Assembly: GCF_009914755.1 (NCBI RefSeq)
Contig: NC_060931.1
DNA from: the human T2T-CHM13v2.0 reference genome, Homo sapiens
Length of the DNA stretch: 64,000 nt
Strand: one strand, 5' to 3'
This document shows, in pieces, positions 1 to 18,624 of the stretch (within the stretch, counting starts at the first letter, position 1; each line of letters starts with the position of its first letter). The position numbers and the translations under genes were made by a program. The notes below the pieces were generated by a model. The model did no database searches and had not been told where the DNA came from. It saw only the letters and a program-made list of their open reading frames with translations.

Positions 1-289
1 CCTCAGGGTTCAGTGAAGTTTGGGCTGAGCATGGGCTCTGTGAGTCAGACAGCTAGCTGCACAGGGCTCCCAGTTCCACCGTGACCAGCCCTGTGACTGG
101 GGCAGGGGACTCACTGCTGTAGTATTTGGGCATCATTTTCATAAATTTAATGTGTTCATCCAATGCTTTTTTTTTTAAATCTATCTTCCTCTATAATCAC
201 CATGTACTAATGATCTCTGTTAGTGATTGTGTTCAAATGAATAAACATGTTATATAGTGTGTATTATACTTCTTCATGATTTCGTCACT

Positions 290-5823
<5,534 letters not shown>

Positions 5824-5939
5824 CTGAGGTCCTGGCTTTCAGTAATACCGGATTAGCTTGTTGAATTAACACAGATTATAATGATGACACCTGCATAATA
5901 TATTACCTATTGTTATAGAAACACAGCTGCATAATATAG

Positions 5940-6650
5940 ATATGACCTATGTGTCAGTAAGAACTGAATGAGGTTTTCAGCTGTGCCCACTGCAGGGTAG
6001 ACAGGTATTGAGGTTTGAATCCAGCCCAATTAACACCTTTTGTAAAAAATAACACCGCTGTTAAAGGTACACAACAGAAATGAGAGTCTATATAATGATT
6101 CTTTACAGTTTTAGTACACAACTTTAAAATTCATGATACGTGTGAAGAAACACAAAAATAGAATCCATACGCAATTTAAAAAGCAGGCAGTAGGAGTGAT
6201 CCTAAGATATTTAAGATGTTGTAATTCAGGATGTTTAAAGGCAGCTATTATAAATCTGTTCATGGGGGTAAAGGAAAATATTCTAACAATGAAGAGATGT
6301 GGAACCTCAGCAAAGACATGGAAATTACGAAATAATAGGAAGATAAGGAAATTTGAAAAATACTTTTGAGCTTATTCAAAGATTAGAAACAGAAGACAGA
6401 GCAATAGAAGTTGTCCATTCTGAATAAAAGAGTGAAAAAGCTTTAAGAAAATGAAGTCTTAGAGACCTGTAGAGTGATTGAGTCCAAGTTGGACAGGGAA
6501 CAGAAAAATTAAATGAGGTACAAAGTTAATCACCAACTAATGGCTGAAAACTTCCAAAAATTGGTCAACCACCCCCCCCCGCCCAAGTTTTATACCCAAC
6601 ATGTCAACAAACCCCTCCAAAAAATACAAATAAAACCCTACCAAGGCCAT
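5940..6650 (+). mobile_element. Degenerate old L1 (ORF1-region-like) fragment; paralogous copy at ~32010-32710
   Basis: A-rich sequence with L1M ORF1-like phrases (gcagctattataaat, aatggctgaaaacttccaaaa). Confidence 0.45.
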
Positions 6651-7053
6651 ATTGTGATTTAGGAGACTGGCAGAGGAGAGCTTCCTGTTGACTTGCTGTG
6701 ATTTCTAATTTTAACTACTTAGAAGAATAAAAAATAGGGTCTCCTTAGAGTTTCTTTTTTTTTTTTTTCTTGGAGAAAGTCTGACTTAGGCACAGATGAC
6801 TGACAGTTTTTAAAGGTAGATGAGTTTCCAGACTTCTCTTAAATTTCCAGTGTGTTAACGTTGAAAATTATTTGAACTTGTTGCTTCCAAATCCTGCAGT
6901 AATACTGATGCTCCAGAAAGGCGTCCCATGGAGATTCTGCTCTTGTGCATCCATCCTGCACGGAGCTGAGGCTGTGCCTCCTCTAGTTTCATTAGCGTGT
7001 AGTTGTGGGGTACTTCGAGTTAATCTGAAAAACTCAGTGTTAAAATGGATTCA

Positions 7054-7350
<297 letters not shown>

Positions 7351-8196
7351 AAAATGGATTCAAAGATTTATCACTGTTAAGTTCCACCAGCAAATTATTA
7401 AATGTGGTTCCAAAGGGATATTTAAAAAGGGAAATTAAAATTGTTTCCAAGAAAGCCCTATTCACAGCAGAAACGTAGACACTGTACCTGACCTCACCAC
7501 ACAAAGTTCCCTCATGTGTTGGGAGGGACCAAGGGGCTCTCTGGTCCTGCACCTGCGTTAATTATGGCCGGGAGGTCCGCAGTAGGACCCTAAGGGCTAG
7601 GAACCAGCCTGGGTCAGGGGCAGAGAAGTGGTGGATGTGGCTCCCAAAGTGGCTTAGGGGTTCCCTTCCCTGTGGCTGTTTCCTGACTGGATGCAGCAGG
7701 GTCAGGCCTTTCAGTGTGACGTTTTCTACTCTTTATTAGAGTGGCAGGAGCGTCCCTGTGCGAGGCCTGACCCAGGTGTGGGCCTTGCAGCCAGCTCGGG
7801 GTCCAAGGGGCACTCCTGCGGTGCTGCAAAGGAGGATTTGTGACAACCCAGAGGATGGAGGAAACGGCGGCTTTGAAAAGGCAAGTGCCAAGTTATCAGG
7901 GATCGCTTATATCCATTTCTGGCAGTGAACTGACAATTTCAGACACTCAGGAGGGAGCTTCCCGCGTGGGATCACAAAAAGTCCGAGAAGTGTCAGACAT
8001 CTGGCCATTAACCCCATTCCTACGCAGGGACTACACTGCCGCTTGTCCGAAGGGGCGTGTCAGGGGCGGAGCGAGGATGAGGGGCGGTGCCAATAAAAGA
8101 GGCGGGGGAGAAGGGGCGGTGCTGAGGGGAGAGGCCGGGCCAAGGGAAGAAGCGTGCGAGAAAGGGTGGGGCGAGTCCAGCTACAGGAAGAGTAGC

Positions 8197-8210
8197 GTTA
8201 CTATGGCAAC
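8197..8210. promoter_or_regulatory. RFX X-box motif
   Basis: GTTACTATGGCAAC, close to the RFX consensus GTTRCCATGGYAAC; conserved in copy B. Confidence 0.75.
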
Positions 8211-8459
8211 CCTGACAGGTTTGTGAGCAGCCCCCGGTCCCCTGCCGCTCCGTGAGAAATCAAACTTCAGGCACTGACGAAGCATGAAGCCAGCATCTTA
8301 GGAAGAGGTAGTGACATAATTACAAGGTAGGACCAACCGCCCTGGTCCCACTGTCGCCTGGCAGGCAGGAGAGGTTTGGGAACAGCCAGGCTCCCCTTGA
8401 CATGGCAGTACTGCTCTGGACGCGGGGAGGTGTGGATTAGTGGGTGGGAGCTACACCTG

Positions 8460-8810
8460 GCATACTGGGAGTTGTCGTCTTTGATTAGCTTCCAGTTTTT
8501 TAATTGCAGGGCGACCGGATTACAATCACAGCCAGCATGAACATGGGGCGGCGCACAGTCCTGAAGAGGAAAGCCGGGCTGTGTTGACCTCGCTGTGCAT
8601 GCTGGGAGTTGTAGTCTCTTCACTGCTCCCGCCCGTTGTTTCAGGCACTTCGGGACTACAATCCCAGCATGACCCGGGCTCGGGGACGGGGCGCAGTTCT
8701 CGTGGGAGGAGCGGGGCGGTGAGAGCCTGGCTAGGCAGGCTGGAAACAGTAGCTCTTAACGGTCCCCCGCCCGTTGGTGGCAAGGCGGCTGGACTGGAAT
8801 CCCAGCAGGC
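8460..8810. repeat. Three ~137-bp tandem units, each with a divergent pair of ZNF143/THAP11 (SBS) motifs
   Basis: Reverse motifs start at 8460, 8597 (GCATGCTGGGAGTTGTAGTC) and 8735; forward motifs at 8518, 8654 (GACTACAATCCCAGCATG) and 8792. Confidence 0.8.
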
Positions 8811-10954
8811 GACATGCGAGGAGGCGGGCAGCCCAGGAGGGTTGGACACGGCAATGTGGACCTCGCCGCTTCCACAACGATGCTGGCTACTGATCGCGTG
8901 CACTTCCTTGCCAAAGAAAGTGAGTCCGGAGAGGGACAGGAGGGGCAGGTCCGGGCTGGGCAGTGAGGAGGGCGTGACGCCGCGATGTACACCTCGCCCT
9001 TGTCAAACTGGGACGGGTGTAGTCCTCACCCCACTTCCCGCTGCTCAGCTGGGTTCCCTCTCCCACCTGTACCCAGGGTCTTTCCTGGCCATCGCGCCTC
9101 CTGCAGCCCAGGGAGCCACCGGCTTTCCTAAGCTGCTGTGGGAACTGGCCTGAGGTCCAGGCGCTGTCCATTGTGCCGCTGCCCTCTTTTCTCTCCAGCC
9201 AGAGCGCAGTTCCGCCGCTGTGGGGAGAAATCCGCCGCCTGGCCCGCCAGTGCACAAGTTCAGAGCTTTGCACGGGGTGACATGGGCTGTGGCTTCGTGA
9301 AAATGTCACCCTCACCAGCGACTTTTTCGCGGATGTGGATATTGAGGGGGCAGGGAGGGCCATTATTGGCTTACCCAGGAGATGCTAAAAGCAGAGGAGA
9401 AAATTTCAGTTCCCAGGCGTGTGTCTCTGGTGCGCCATTTTTCACCAACCCATTTGGTAGAAAGTCCCCCAAATAGCTACCTAAAGATTAGGATGGTTTA
9501 GGTATTTTACACGTGATATCATTGGCCTCATCTCAACAAATGTCTGACTGGCCAGTGTCTCAAACACAGATGGCAGCCTGATCCTCAGGAACAGGTGGTG
9601 CTCCAGCTTTGTGGGAGCGACTTTCAAGGTGTGGACCATTTGGGGAGTCTTTGTAACTCCTCAGGCTTCACATCTTTGCTTTGAATGGAAAGCTCATCAC
9701 CCCCCGGCACTCCCGGAGGTACCTTTACTCTCTCGGGCTGATCTGTTGACCTTTTCTGTCTAGACAATGGGAACTTCTGGGATCACTTCTAGTTTCGTGT
9801 AATTGATGTCCCTAATTTCCATATGTCCCCAGGGACAGTCCCTTTGATTCTGGAATGGCGCCAGCTTTTATGCTTTTTATGTCTAATCCGTAAAAACCAA
9901 GGTGTTCATCTACATGAAAATAAGACCTTGTTCGTATCGCACGTTCCAACAGGCTTCATTTGTGATTCCTGAATGTGGATTACCATAAAAAAAAACCCTA
10001 AAAACCCTGGTCATGGATATTAGACACTGTTATTGTACTTTGTGAAGAATTTACTCCTTCAGGATTAATTGCACACGGGCTCATCAGCACCTTTGTCAAT
10101 AAAGGAACAAGAACCATGTGGTGTCTATGGATGTGGTGAGATGAGGAAGAGCCACAGCGCAGCGGTTCTTCTCTTGTTTTCAATAGAGTCTGTGGGGTCA
10201 AGTACCTGCGTTTCTCCCCCATCCCCCAATATTCTCATTCCACTCCTGAGTGTTCCGTCTTTAGGTGGAAGTTTCTAAATACACTTGTCCGCAAGTGTTG
10301 GTGGGGATGTTGTAACGTGAGGGCATCCATCATCCATCACCTTAAAGATAAATGGAGAGGATTTTGTGGTCTGTGTTCAAGAGGCACTGCTGTTGGGTGT
10401 GTTGCTGCCAAAACACGTGATCTCAGCTGTCCCCAGCAGCTGTCTTAGAAGATTGGTCCTGATGTAGCCACAGCTGCTGTTCACAGAGCCAGGAGCTCTT
10501 TGCAGTTTGGTGTATTCTGCTGAGATTTATGGCTCCGACCCTCCTCTGCTCTGCCATTCCTGGTAGTAACTGCTCAGCTGCCTGGTTTGCTCCAGTGTCC
10601 TGGGACCCTGTTATGTAACTGCATTTCAGAGGGTCTTAAGAGATTCTACCCTCACTACACCAGTCACTCTACACTGGCCGTGCACTTAGCTTCTTGGAGC
10701 CCTGCTTGTGTCCTCTTAAGTGGAGCTGTGAAGAGTTCTAGTTAGGGATAGATCTCGTTCTTATGCGCTTCAGGCTTATTAGAAAGCTGATCATCTCGTC
10801 TTTGGACACATGGACATTGTTACTTTTGTGTATTTTGAAGTCCGATGCTGTTTTTTTTTTAAATAAAAAAAAAATGTGGACCCTAGCAGTAACAGTCACT
10901 TTTAAATATCTTTGTGAATTTAACTCTGGCAACAACTCGATGATGTTGGCATGC

Positions 10955-11060
10955 AATCCCCATTTTATAGGTGTGGAAACTGACACTCAGAGAGGTAGAG
11001 TAGCTTTATTTACTTCACACAAGCTTTTGATGAATTTCAAGTCTCAACCTAGAAGTCTTC
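10955..11060. mobile_element. MIR fragment
   Basis: MIR core ATCCCCATTTTATAGGTGTGGAAACTGACACTCAGAGAGGT. Confidence 0.7.
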
Positions 11061-11679
11061 CTCTAGGGCATGATCATGGCATATTCTACTTTGTTTCTCT
11101 GCCAGCATCCCAAAGGGGTCCACATCTCATTAGGACTCCATTTTCTTAATAACAGGAAATTTGCAGAAACAGGCCTTTTTGGGGGAGAGCACTCACTGGG
11201 ACTTGGCCTTCCCTGTCCTCCACCTTCCCCTTGGCAGAGCATAGGTGATTTGAGGGAGCTGGAGCAGCGGTACCTTACCTGGAACACTTGTTATGTAAAG
11301 CCCTCACCTGGAACGCTTGTTGTTATGTAAAGATAACTACCTCTCACTTTTTTAGGTGTGATTTTTTTTCTTCTAATTATTCCTCTGGGCTTTCTCTTCT
11401 AGATTTGTGCTGTGCACTAACATGCAATACAAATACTGATGAAAATAAAACTATTGCCCTCCTACCAAATGGTAACAACGCTTACATTTTTCCTTTTTCT
11501 AATTATAAAAGAAATGCATACTGTTTTAAGAATATCAGATCATAGAGATCTTTATGTAGTGAAAATCTCCCATGTCTTCCTCTTTGTTCCAAACTCACTC
11601 TCTTCTTAGAAGGAATTATTATAGCTTGGTGTTTATTTTTCTGGATGTTTTCTATAAATTTATAAATACATATAAAGTT

Positions 11680-11833
11680 GGCCAGTTGCAGTGGCTCTCG
11701 CCTGTAATCCCAACACTTTGGGAAGCTGAGTGGGGATAATCCGTTGAGCTCAGGAAGTTGAGGCTGTGGTGAGTTGTGATTATGCCATTGCACTGCCATC
11801 TGGGCGACAGAGTGAGACCCTGCCTCCAAAAAA
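11680..11833 (+). mobile_element. Alu monomer (FRAM/AluJ-like)
   Basis: Single-arm Alu: left-arm start joined to a right-arm 3' end, short A tail. Confidence 0.8.
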
Positions 11834-11958
11834 TTTTTTTAAAAAAAGGAGATACATACCTGTACAGTTTTTGAACACATTATATCATACTATATTGTGT
11901 TTTATTTTGCTATTTCACAAGCAATATATCATTTACACTATTCCATATCAGTGCATGA

Positions 11959-12256
<298 letters not shown>

Positions 12257-12944
12257 TCTATTTTTAATGTCTTAAATATATTCCAAAGAATGGGTATACA
12301 AGACTTGTTTCACTGTTTATTCTTTGATAGAAACTTAGATTATTTCTAGTTTCATCATTGTTAAAAAATGCAGTGATAAGATTCTTGTACATAATTTATT
12401 ACACTGATAACTAACTGTTCAGTTTATCTTGCTGCCTCTTAGTCGGAGAATATGTCATGAGTTTAATATTTATTTTATGATTTGATTCATAGAGAAATTA
12501 ATGTTATGACTGGATGAAGACAATTGTGAAGAAACTGCACTTTGAGGTTGTCTATCTCTGTATTCTGATGGAAAAGCGTGGAGTTTAGAAGCACTGCTCA
12601 CTCCTTCAGTTTCTAACAAGTCAGTATTCTCATAGCAATTTAAATTTAAATGTTCAAATTACCTCTCCTTCCCTGGTTCAGAATAAGTATGTTGTTTTTC
12701 TGTTTGTAAAATTTCTGACTCTGGGTTTTTTCAGTTGGGCTTTAGAGAGGATAACTCCCATATCGCTGTTGTATCTATTTCTCTTCAGCATCTGGCTGCA
12801 TGTGATAAAGATCATAGAATTAGACCTGGTCCTGTATGTATTTTGGGACAAAAATTCAAAGTAATCAACTCAAGATAGGAGTCTACAACTTTAATTCTTA
12901 ATAAAAGATTTCCTTTGATTTCCCCACATCTTTATGATTCCTAG

Positions 12945-13407
12945 TGTAGCAGGACAAGCCACAGACAAAACCCCTCAGACACCAAGTTAAAGAAGGAAGT
13001 GGTTTATTTGGCTGGGAGCATCGGCAAGACTCCTGTCTCAAGAGCCGAGCTCCCCGAGTGAGCAATTCCTGTCCCTTTTAAGGGCTCACAACTCTAAGGG
13101 GGTCTGCTTAAAAGAGTTGTGATTGATTGAGCAAGCAGGGGGTACGTGACTGGGGGCTGCATGCACTGGTAATTAGATCACAACAAAACAGGACAGGGAT
13201 TTTCACAGTGCTTTCTATACAATGACAATGTCTGTGATCTATAGATAACATAACCGATTAGGTCAGGGGTCGAACTTAAACTACCAGGCCCAGGGTGTGG
13301 TGCCGGGCTGTCTGCTTGTGGATTTCATTTCTGCCTTTTAGTTTTTACTTCTTCTTTGGAGGCAGAAATTGGGCATGAGACAATATGAGGGGTGGTCTCC
13401 TCCCTTA
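12945..13407 (-). mobile_element. Solo LTR2 (HERV-E/Harlequin, ERV1)
   Basis: Reverse complement runs TAAGGGAGGAGACCACCCCTCATATTG...CCTGCTACA as in the LTR2 consensus; 4-bp TSD CTAG at 12941-12944 and 13408-13411. Confidence 0.92.
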
Positions 13408-13663
13408 CTAGAAGAAATTCACCCATGGGTGAAGCATGTGGTTCTGTTGAATAATGTTTTGTTGGGGATTTCCACATCGAGTTTCATGAGGCATACTGTT
13501 AGACAGGGTTTTTTTGGTACTGTCTTTCCCTGATTCTATTGGAGAGTAATACTAGCTTCCTAAAATATATTGGGAAATGTTCTCTCTTCTTCTACTTTTG
13601 GACAATATTAAACTCATAATGACAAGTTTTCTTGTGAAAATGCTCTGAAAAAAATGTAGGGTG

Positions 13664-13932
13664 GGCTGGGTGCAGTGGCTCACACCTGTAATTCCAGCAC
13701 TTTGGGAGGCCGAGGGAGGCAGATCACGAGGTCAGGAGTTTGAGACCAGCCTGACTGACATGGTGAAACCCCATCTGTACTAAAAATACAAAAATTAGCC
13801 AGGCATGGTGGTGTGTGCCTGTAATGCCAGCTATTCAGGAGGCTGAAGCAGGAGAATCACTTGAACCCAGGAGGTGGAGGTTGCAGTGAGCCGAGACTGA
13901 GCAAGACTCTATCTCAAAAAAAAAAAAAAAAA
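13664..13932 (+). mobile_element. Alu with ~30-bp right-arm deletion
   Basis: GAGCCGAGA is joined almost directly to GCAAGACTC; TGTAGGGTG on both flanks. Confidence 0.93.
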
Positions 13933-14508
13933 AGTGTAGGGTGCCTTTTCCTTTTGTAGTACCTAACATTCTTTATCTTGATTGGTATTTACCCATATAC
14001 CTGCCAATGGTTCAATGAGCCCCTGTCTTCTACTCTCCAATTGTACCGTACTTCAGCCCCTCCTCCCTACTTTCTGGTACTCAGCCCCATGTTTTTCTCT
14101 CCTCACATTCTCAACCCTATCTCCTTAACATGTGGACTTCCATGCTTTTCTTATATCTTCCCACCATGCACTGCCAGGAGGCTCTGCAGGCTCTAAGCTG
14201 GGGCAGCAACGCGGTCCCCTCTCTTGCTTTCAGCCTCCAGACCTCAGTCCTGTGCTCCTTGCAGATGCTTCTAGTGTTTGGAAACATCTGGTTCATGTGG
14301 TTGGTCTGGCTTCCTATGTGTTTGGTGCCAGAGGGAGTCTGTTTCTTGCTCTTCCACCATACAGAGAAGGCAAAGCTCTGAACTGATTTTGAAATCAATT
14401 CTTGGTTATTTCTTTTGGGCTGAAATAAATTGACTATTATTTTGTGATGACATAAATATTGTAGCTTAGTTTGTGGTAGTTAGAATTTCATGTTTATTTA
14501 TTGTTTCA

Positions 14509-14665
14509 CAGGCCATGCTACCACGCGCAGCCAATGTTTTATTGTTTGGTAGAGGCATGGTCTCACTCTGTGGCCCAGGCTAGTTTCCAATTCCTACGTT
14601 CATACAGTTCTCCCACCTTGGCCTCCCAAAGTGCTGGGATTACAGGCATGAGCCACCACCCAAAC
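14509..14665 (-). mobile_element. Partial old Alu (AluJ/FLAM-like)
   Basis: CCTTGGCCTCCCAAAGTGCTGGGATTACAGGCATGAGCCACC, diverged. Confidence 0.8.
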
Positions 14666-15728
14666 TTAAATTTTTTTTCATTTTTGTTGTTTTTATATGC
14701 TTTAATTACTTTTTCTTTTTCTTCTGTGTATCTACTAAAGTTTTTTTTCCTAGTGGTTATCATGAGACTTATATAAAACATGTTGTATCTTAACAATCTT
14801 GTTTGAGATGATGACAATTTAACTTCTATGTGTAGAAAAACTTTACACATTTTCTCCCTTTCACACATTTTATACTATATATGTCACACTTTACAATTTT
14901 TTATTGTGTGTCCATTAACAAATTATTGTAGCTATTTTATTTTTAATTTTTTTATACATTTTGTACTAAAGTTCAAAGTGACTTATGCAAAACCACTACA
15001 GTATTAGAGTATTCTAAATTTTACTATGTATTTACCATTTTCACTGACATTTATACTTTAATATTTTTCATATTATTAGTATTCGGTCATATCAATATAA
15101 AGACTTCCTTTTAGCATTTCTTGCAGAACAGGTTGAGGTGTGATAAATTCCCTCACCTTCTTTTTTGTCTTGAAATGTTGGAATGTCTTGACCTCTATTA
15201 TTTCTAAAGAACAGCCTTGTTGGATAAACTCTTCTTAATTGTCAGTTTTTTTCCTCCTTTCAGCATTTTGAATATATGGTCTCCAAGTTTGCTTGCAAAG
15301 CTTCTGCTGAAAAATCCACTGATACCATTATAAAGGTTTCCTTCTATGTGAAGAATTTATCTCTTGCTGTTTTCAAGATTTGTGCTTTATCTTTGTATTT
15401 TGACAATCATAATGTGTCCAAGGGCAATCTTTATTAGGTTCTTCTTGCTGAAGATATTTGGAGCTTCATAAAACTTGATGTTCATATTCTTTTCTAGATT
15501 CAGAAAGTTTTAAGACATTATATATTTAAATCTCTGTTCCTCTTTCTCTCTTTTTCTGAAATTTCTGAAATGTGTATATTTGTTCACTTTATGGTTGGTT
15601 ACTTGTAAATAGCCTGTCTTTGAGTTTGCTGAATTTTTCTTCTTTATTATTGATTCTCCTGTTAAACATTTCTATTATATTTTTTCAGTTCTGCCACTGT
15701 TTATTTCAGTTCCAGGATTTCTGTTTGA

Positions 15729-18458
15729 TTTTTTTTTTACTTGCTCAATCTCTTTATTTAGTGGCACACATAGAATGAATGAATGAGCTCTTAGTTGTGC
15801 CATACTTAGTAAGTCTGATCTTGCTTATAGAAATAGGATCTTAATAATTCATTCTCAGAACACTTTAAAACCCAAGACACAGTTTTTCTTTCAAGGATGT
15901 GGAAAGCATTCCTCATTCAAATCTGATTTATGGTTTTATAAAGTATGTACCTCATTTTTATTAGTCATTATCTTCATGCTAGATTCTAATATTCTTTTTG
16001 ATGGTGGCGTGTTCAATGATAGAAACTTACAGAGAGAAAATTCCTTCCTTCTCAATTTTAAACAAAAATTTTAAAAGCAACATTTTTGATGTGGTAGGAA
16101 GACATTTATATGACATACACAGCTACTGCCTTAAACTGGCAAAAATAACAAAAGAAAAAATTGTTATTTAACCTTTAAATAATGAGTATCTATTTGCTAC
16201 AAATCTACAAATATTTTAAATATATTTCCTCTACTGCAATAAAAATTAAGATAACCCTCTGTTTAACAGCTTTTGAAGATGTTAATTTTATAAGGAAATA
16301 AAAAAGATTGACTTGCCTCCTGAATATCCAGTGATAAACTGAGCCCTAATTTCCCTCCCTCAAGAACATAAAAATGATGTAAAGTGGATCAAAGTATGTA
16401 ACAATATTAACAATATTAAAAATGATTTTTCATATGGTCTTTCACTAATCAATGTAAAAAGAATGTAAAAATGTGTTTTTGCTTGAAGATTTAGTGAATG
16501 TCCAAGGAATCACAATTTTTGAGCTTTTACATCCAGGGTAGTATACTATGTGAAAATACTATAGTGCCTCATATAAAAAAGCACAGTGATAAAATTTCAC
16601 ATGTAAAATAGCCTAAATATCAATAATAATTACATTCTCCATAATCGTTTATTATCTAAAACTTCAAAGCCATCCATCTTTTTCAGTGCTTTGAGTGAGT
16701 AATCAAAACAATCATGTTTATTCAGGTTTAAAACTTAATTTCTCCTCTTGAAATCTGGAGGCATAGATGGAAGAGACACTTAAGGTCATTTTTTCCAACT
16801 TCTTAAGCCCACATATGTGGAAACAGTCTACAACATCTCATTATATCATCATTGACGCACCTTCTTCACCAGTGGCATCGTGGGAAATATGAAAGTCTTC
16901 AGGCATCTCAGCCAGACTAATTCCAGGTGCTCCTTCATCATCATCACTTTCCACAGGGATGGTTGACTCTCTGTAAATGTTGACATTTTTTCTAATTGCC
17001 TCATCTTCTTCAAGATCTTCAAGAAAATCTTGGTATTGCCTTTCATCATCTGTATCCATGTTCTCTCTCCTGCAAGCTCTTTCAGTTTCCAGTTTCTACA
17101 TCACTGATGTTTGGTCCAGTCTTAGTTCTTCTTGATTAATACCACATCTGGAACTCTATCTGAGTTCATTTTGTTGCCATGCTCATCATTTAAATTGCAG
17201 CTGGCCAAATCAAACCCTAACACCAGCTCTCCAGGATTTAGAAGATGTCCCAAATGAGTATGACAAAAATACTGTTTATCTGTATTCATTTCAGATGTCT
17301 TCTGTACCCAGACTTCCCTGAGGGTATGCTTTTTTGATATCATTCCAGCATCTGCACCGTGTTTTATATTTCGGACTATGCTGCATTTCATCACAATAAA
17401 TTCCTCTAGCTGTTTGGGGTGACATAAACTACTGAAAGAGTGACTCCAGAAAGTGCTGCCATCAATATCTGCAACTTGTAGGGTGTTTGGATCAATGAGG
17501 TGAATGGCACTGGTTATTCGAATACACACACAAATCTGGTTCATATTTCCCAGGCTTTGTGTCAGTTTTGGAGACAGACAGACAACATAATCCTGGCATA
17601 TTGGAACAATTTCCACAGAAAAAGTGCTTTTGTAATTGTATGTATTACTATGGACATCCTGAGAGATCAGTCTTTGGGATGCGTTGTATCTACAGGGAAC
17701 TGTATACTGAATAAATTCGACCATCTTCTGAGCATGTGGTTTTGAGGAATAATAAAAATCCAGACCATCATGAATCTCTTTGATACGAAGTGTATTCTGA
17801 TGCCTTCCATATTTCAGAATTAACTGTTCCAGATAGTAGAAAGCTTTTTTGTGCAAAGTCTTTTGCCTCACTTGAATCACAGCCCTCCAGAAACCCTTAG
17901 CTTCTACTCTATGGCAATCTCCACATATTTGGGACTGAACAGCATAATCCACCACAAACACTTGTTGAAGGACAGCACCATTCATCACCTCTTTCTGGAG
18001 TCAGTTTAACTTTAAATCTCTTAGAATGGGGCTCAGTCCAAACAAAGCCTGCATTCACAAGCCGTTCCTTACTCAGAGGGGCTTTGAACACAAAGCAAGA
18101 AGTTCCCTGGATTCTAAAGCACACCGTATCCAAGTTCCTGGTGGCTGAAAATACCTTTGACATTGTTTGTAGAACAAAAGTGAGACTTGTTTTGGAATAT
18201 CTTGGCTGATGCCCACTTTACTTTGCAAACAGGCCACACAAATATTGGCAGGATTGGGACTTATTGCAATACCACACTCACAGCACAGGATGAGTCCAGG
18301 GCTGCGGTCAGTCGATTCTGTCATATACTCCATTGTTCTGTATGCTTCACACCTCCAGACCAGCCCTGGATTTGCTGAAAACCTGCAACAAAATAGACCC
18401 CGGCTGTCCTGTCAGCTGCCACCATGGCCATCTTCACCACAGCGAAGATCTCACGAAG
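15729..18458 (-). pseudogene. NMD3P1: NMD3 processed pseudogene (CDS 18333-16841, frameshifted)
   Basis: Minus-strand ORF pieces MEYMTESTDRSPGLILCCECG..., GAVLQQVFVVDY...IQVRQKTLHKK... and ...RQYQDFLEDLEEDEAIRKNVNIY match NMD3 without introns. 5'UTR present; AATAAA (tttatt 15753-15758) and poly(T) 15729-15738. Locus symbol is recalled. Confidence 0.95.
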
Positions 18459-18496
18459 TGGTTGTTTTTTATGGTTTCTATTTATCTATTAAAATA

Positions 18497-18624
18497 ATTT
18501 TTTAAATATAGGTGGGGTCTTGCTCTATTGGCCAGGTTGGTCTTAAACTCTTGGTCCCAAGCAATTCTCCAGCCTCAGCCTCCCAAATTGCAGTTAGCAC
18601 AGGTGTAAGCCAACATGATCAGCC
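18497..18624 (-). mobile_element. FLAM / Alu left monomer
   Basis: Diverged single left arm. Confidence 0.75.

Larger units (their letters stand above)
7950..9425. promoter_or_regulatory. CpG-island / promoter-like region, copy A
   Basis: High GC and CpG density; several GC boxes (GGGGCGG, 8060-8120), CCAAT 8090-8094, X-box and SBS array. Confidence 0.75.

Noticed and set aside
8460-9425. snRNA/tRNA-type gene downstream of SBS elements
   Set aside because: No recognisable PSE/TATA, snRNA or tRNA sequence follows either array.
7840-9476. Overlapping 110-190-aa ORFs in CpG islands A and B
   Set aside because: Expected by chance in GC-rich DNA; no known domains, and indels between the paralogs break the frames.
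17122-17988. 288-aa NMD3 ORF as a functional retrogene
   Set aside because: Internal fragment flanked by frameshifts, with many substitutions and no evident promoter.
15720-18475. TSD for the NMD3 retrocopy
   Set aside because: Flanks are only vaguely similar T-rich sequence; no defensible duplication.
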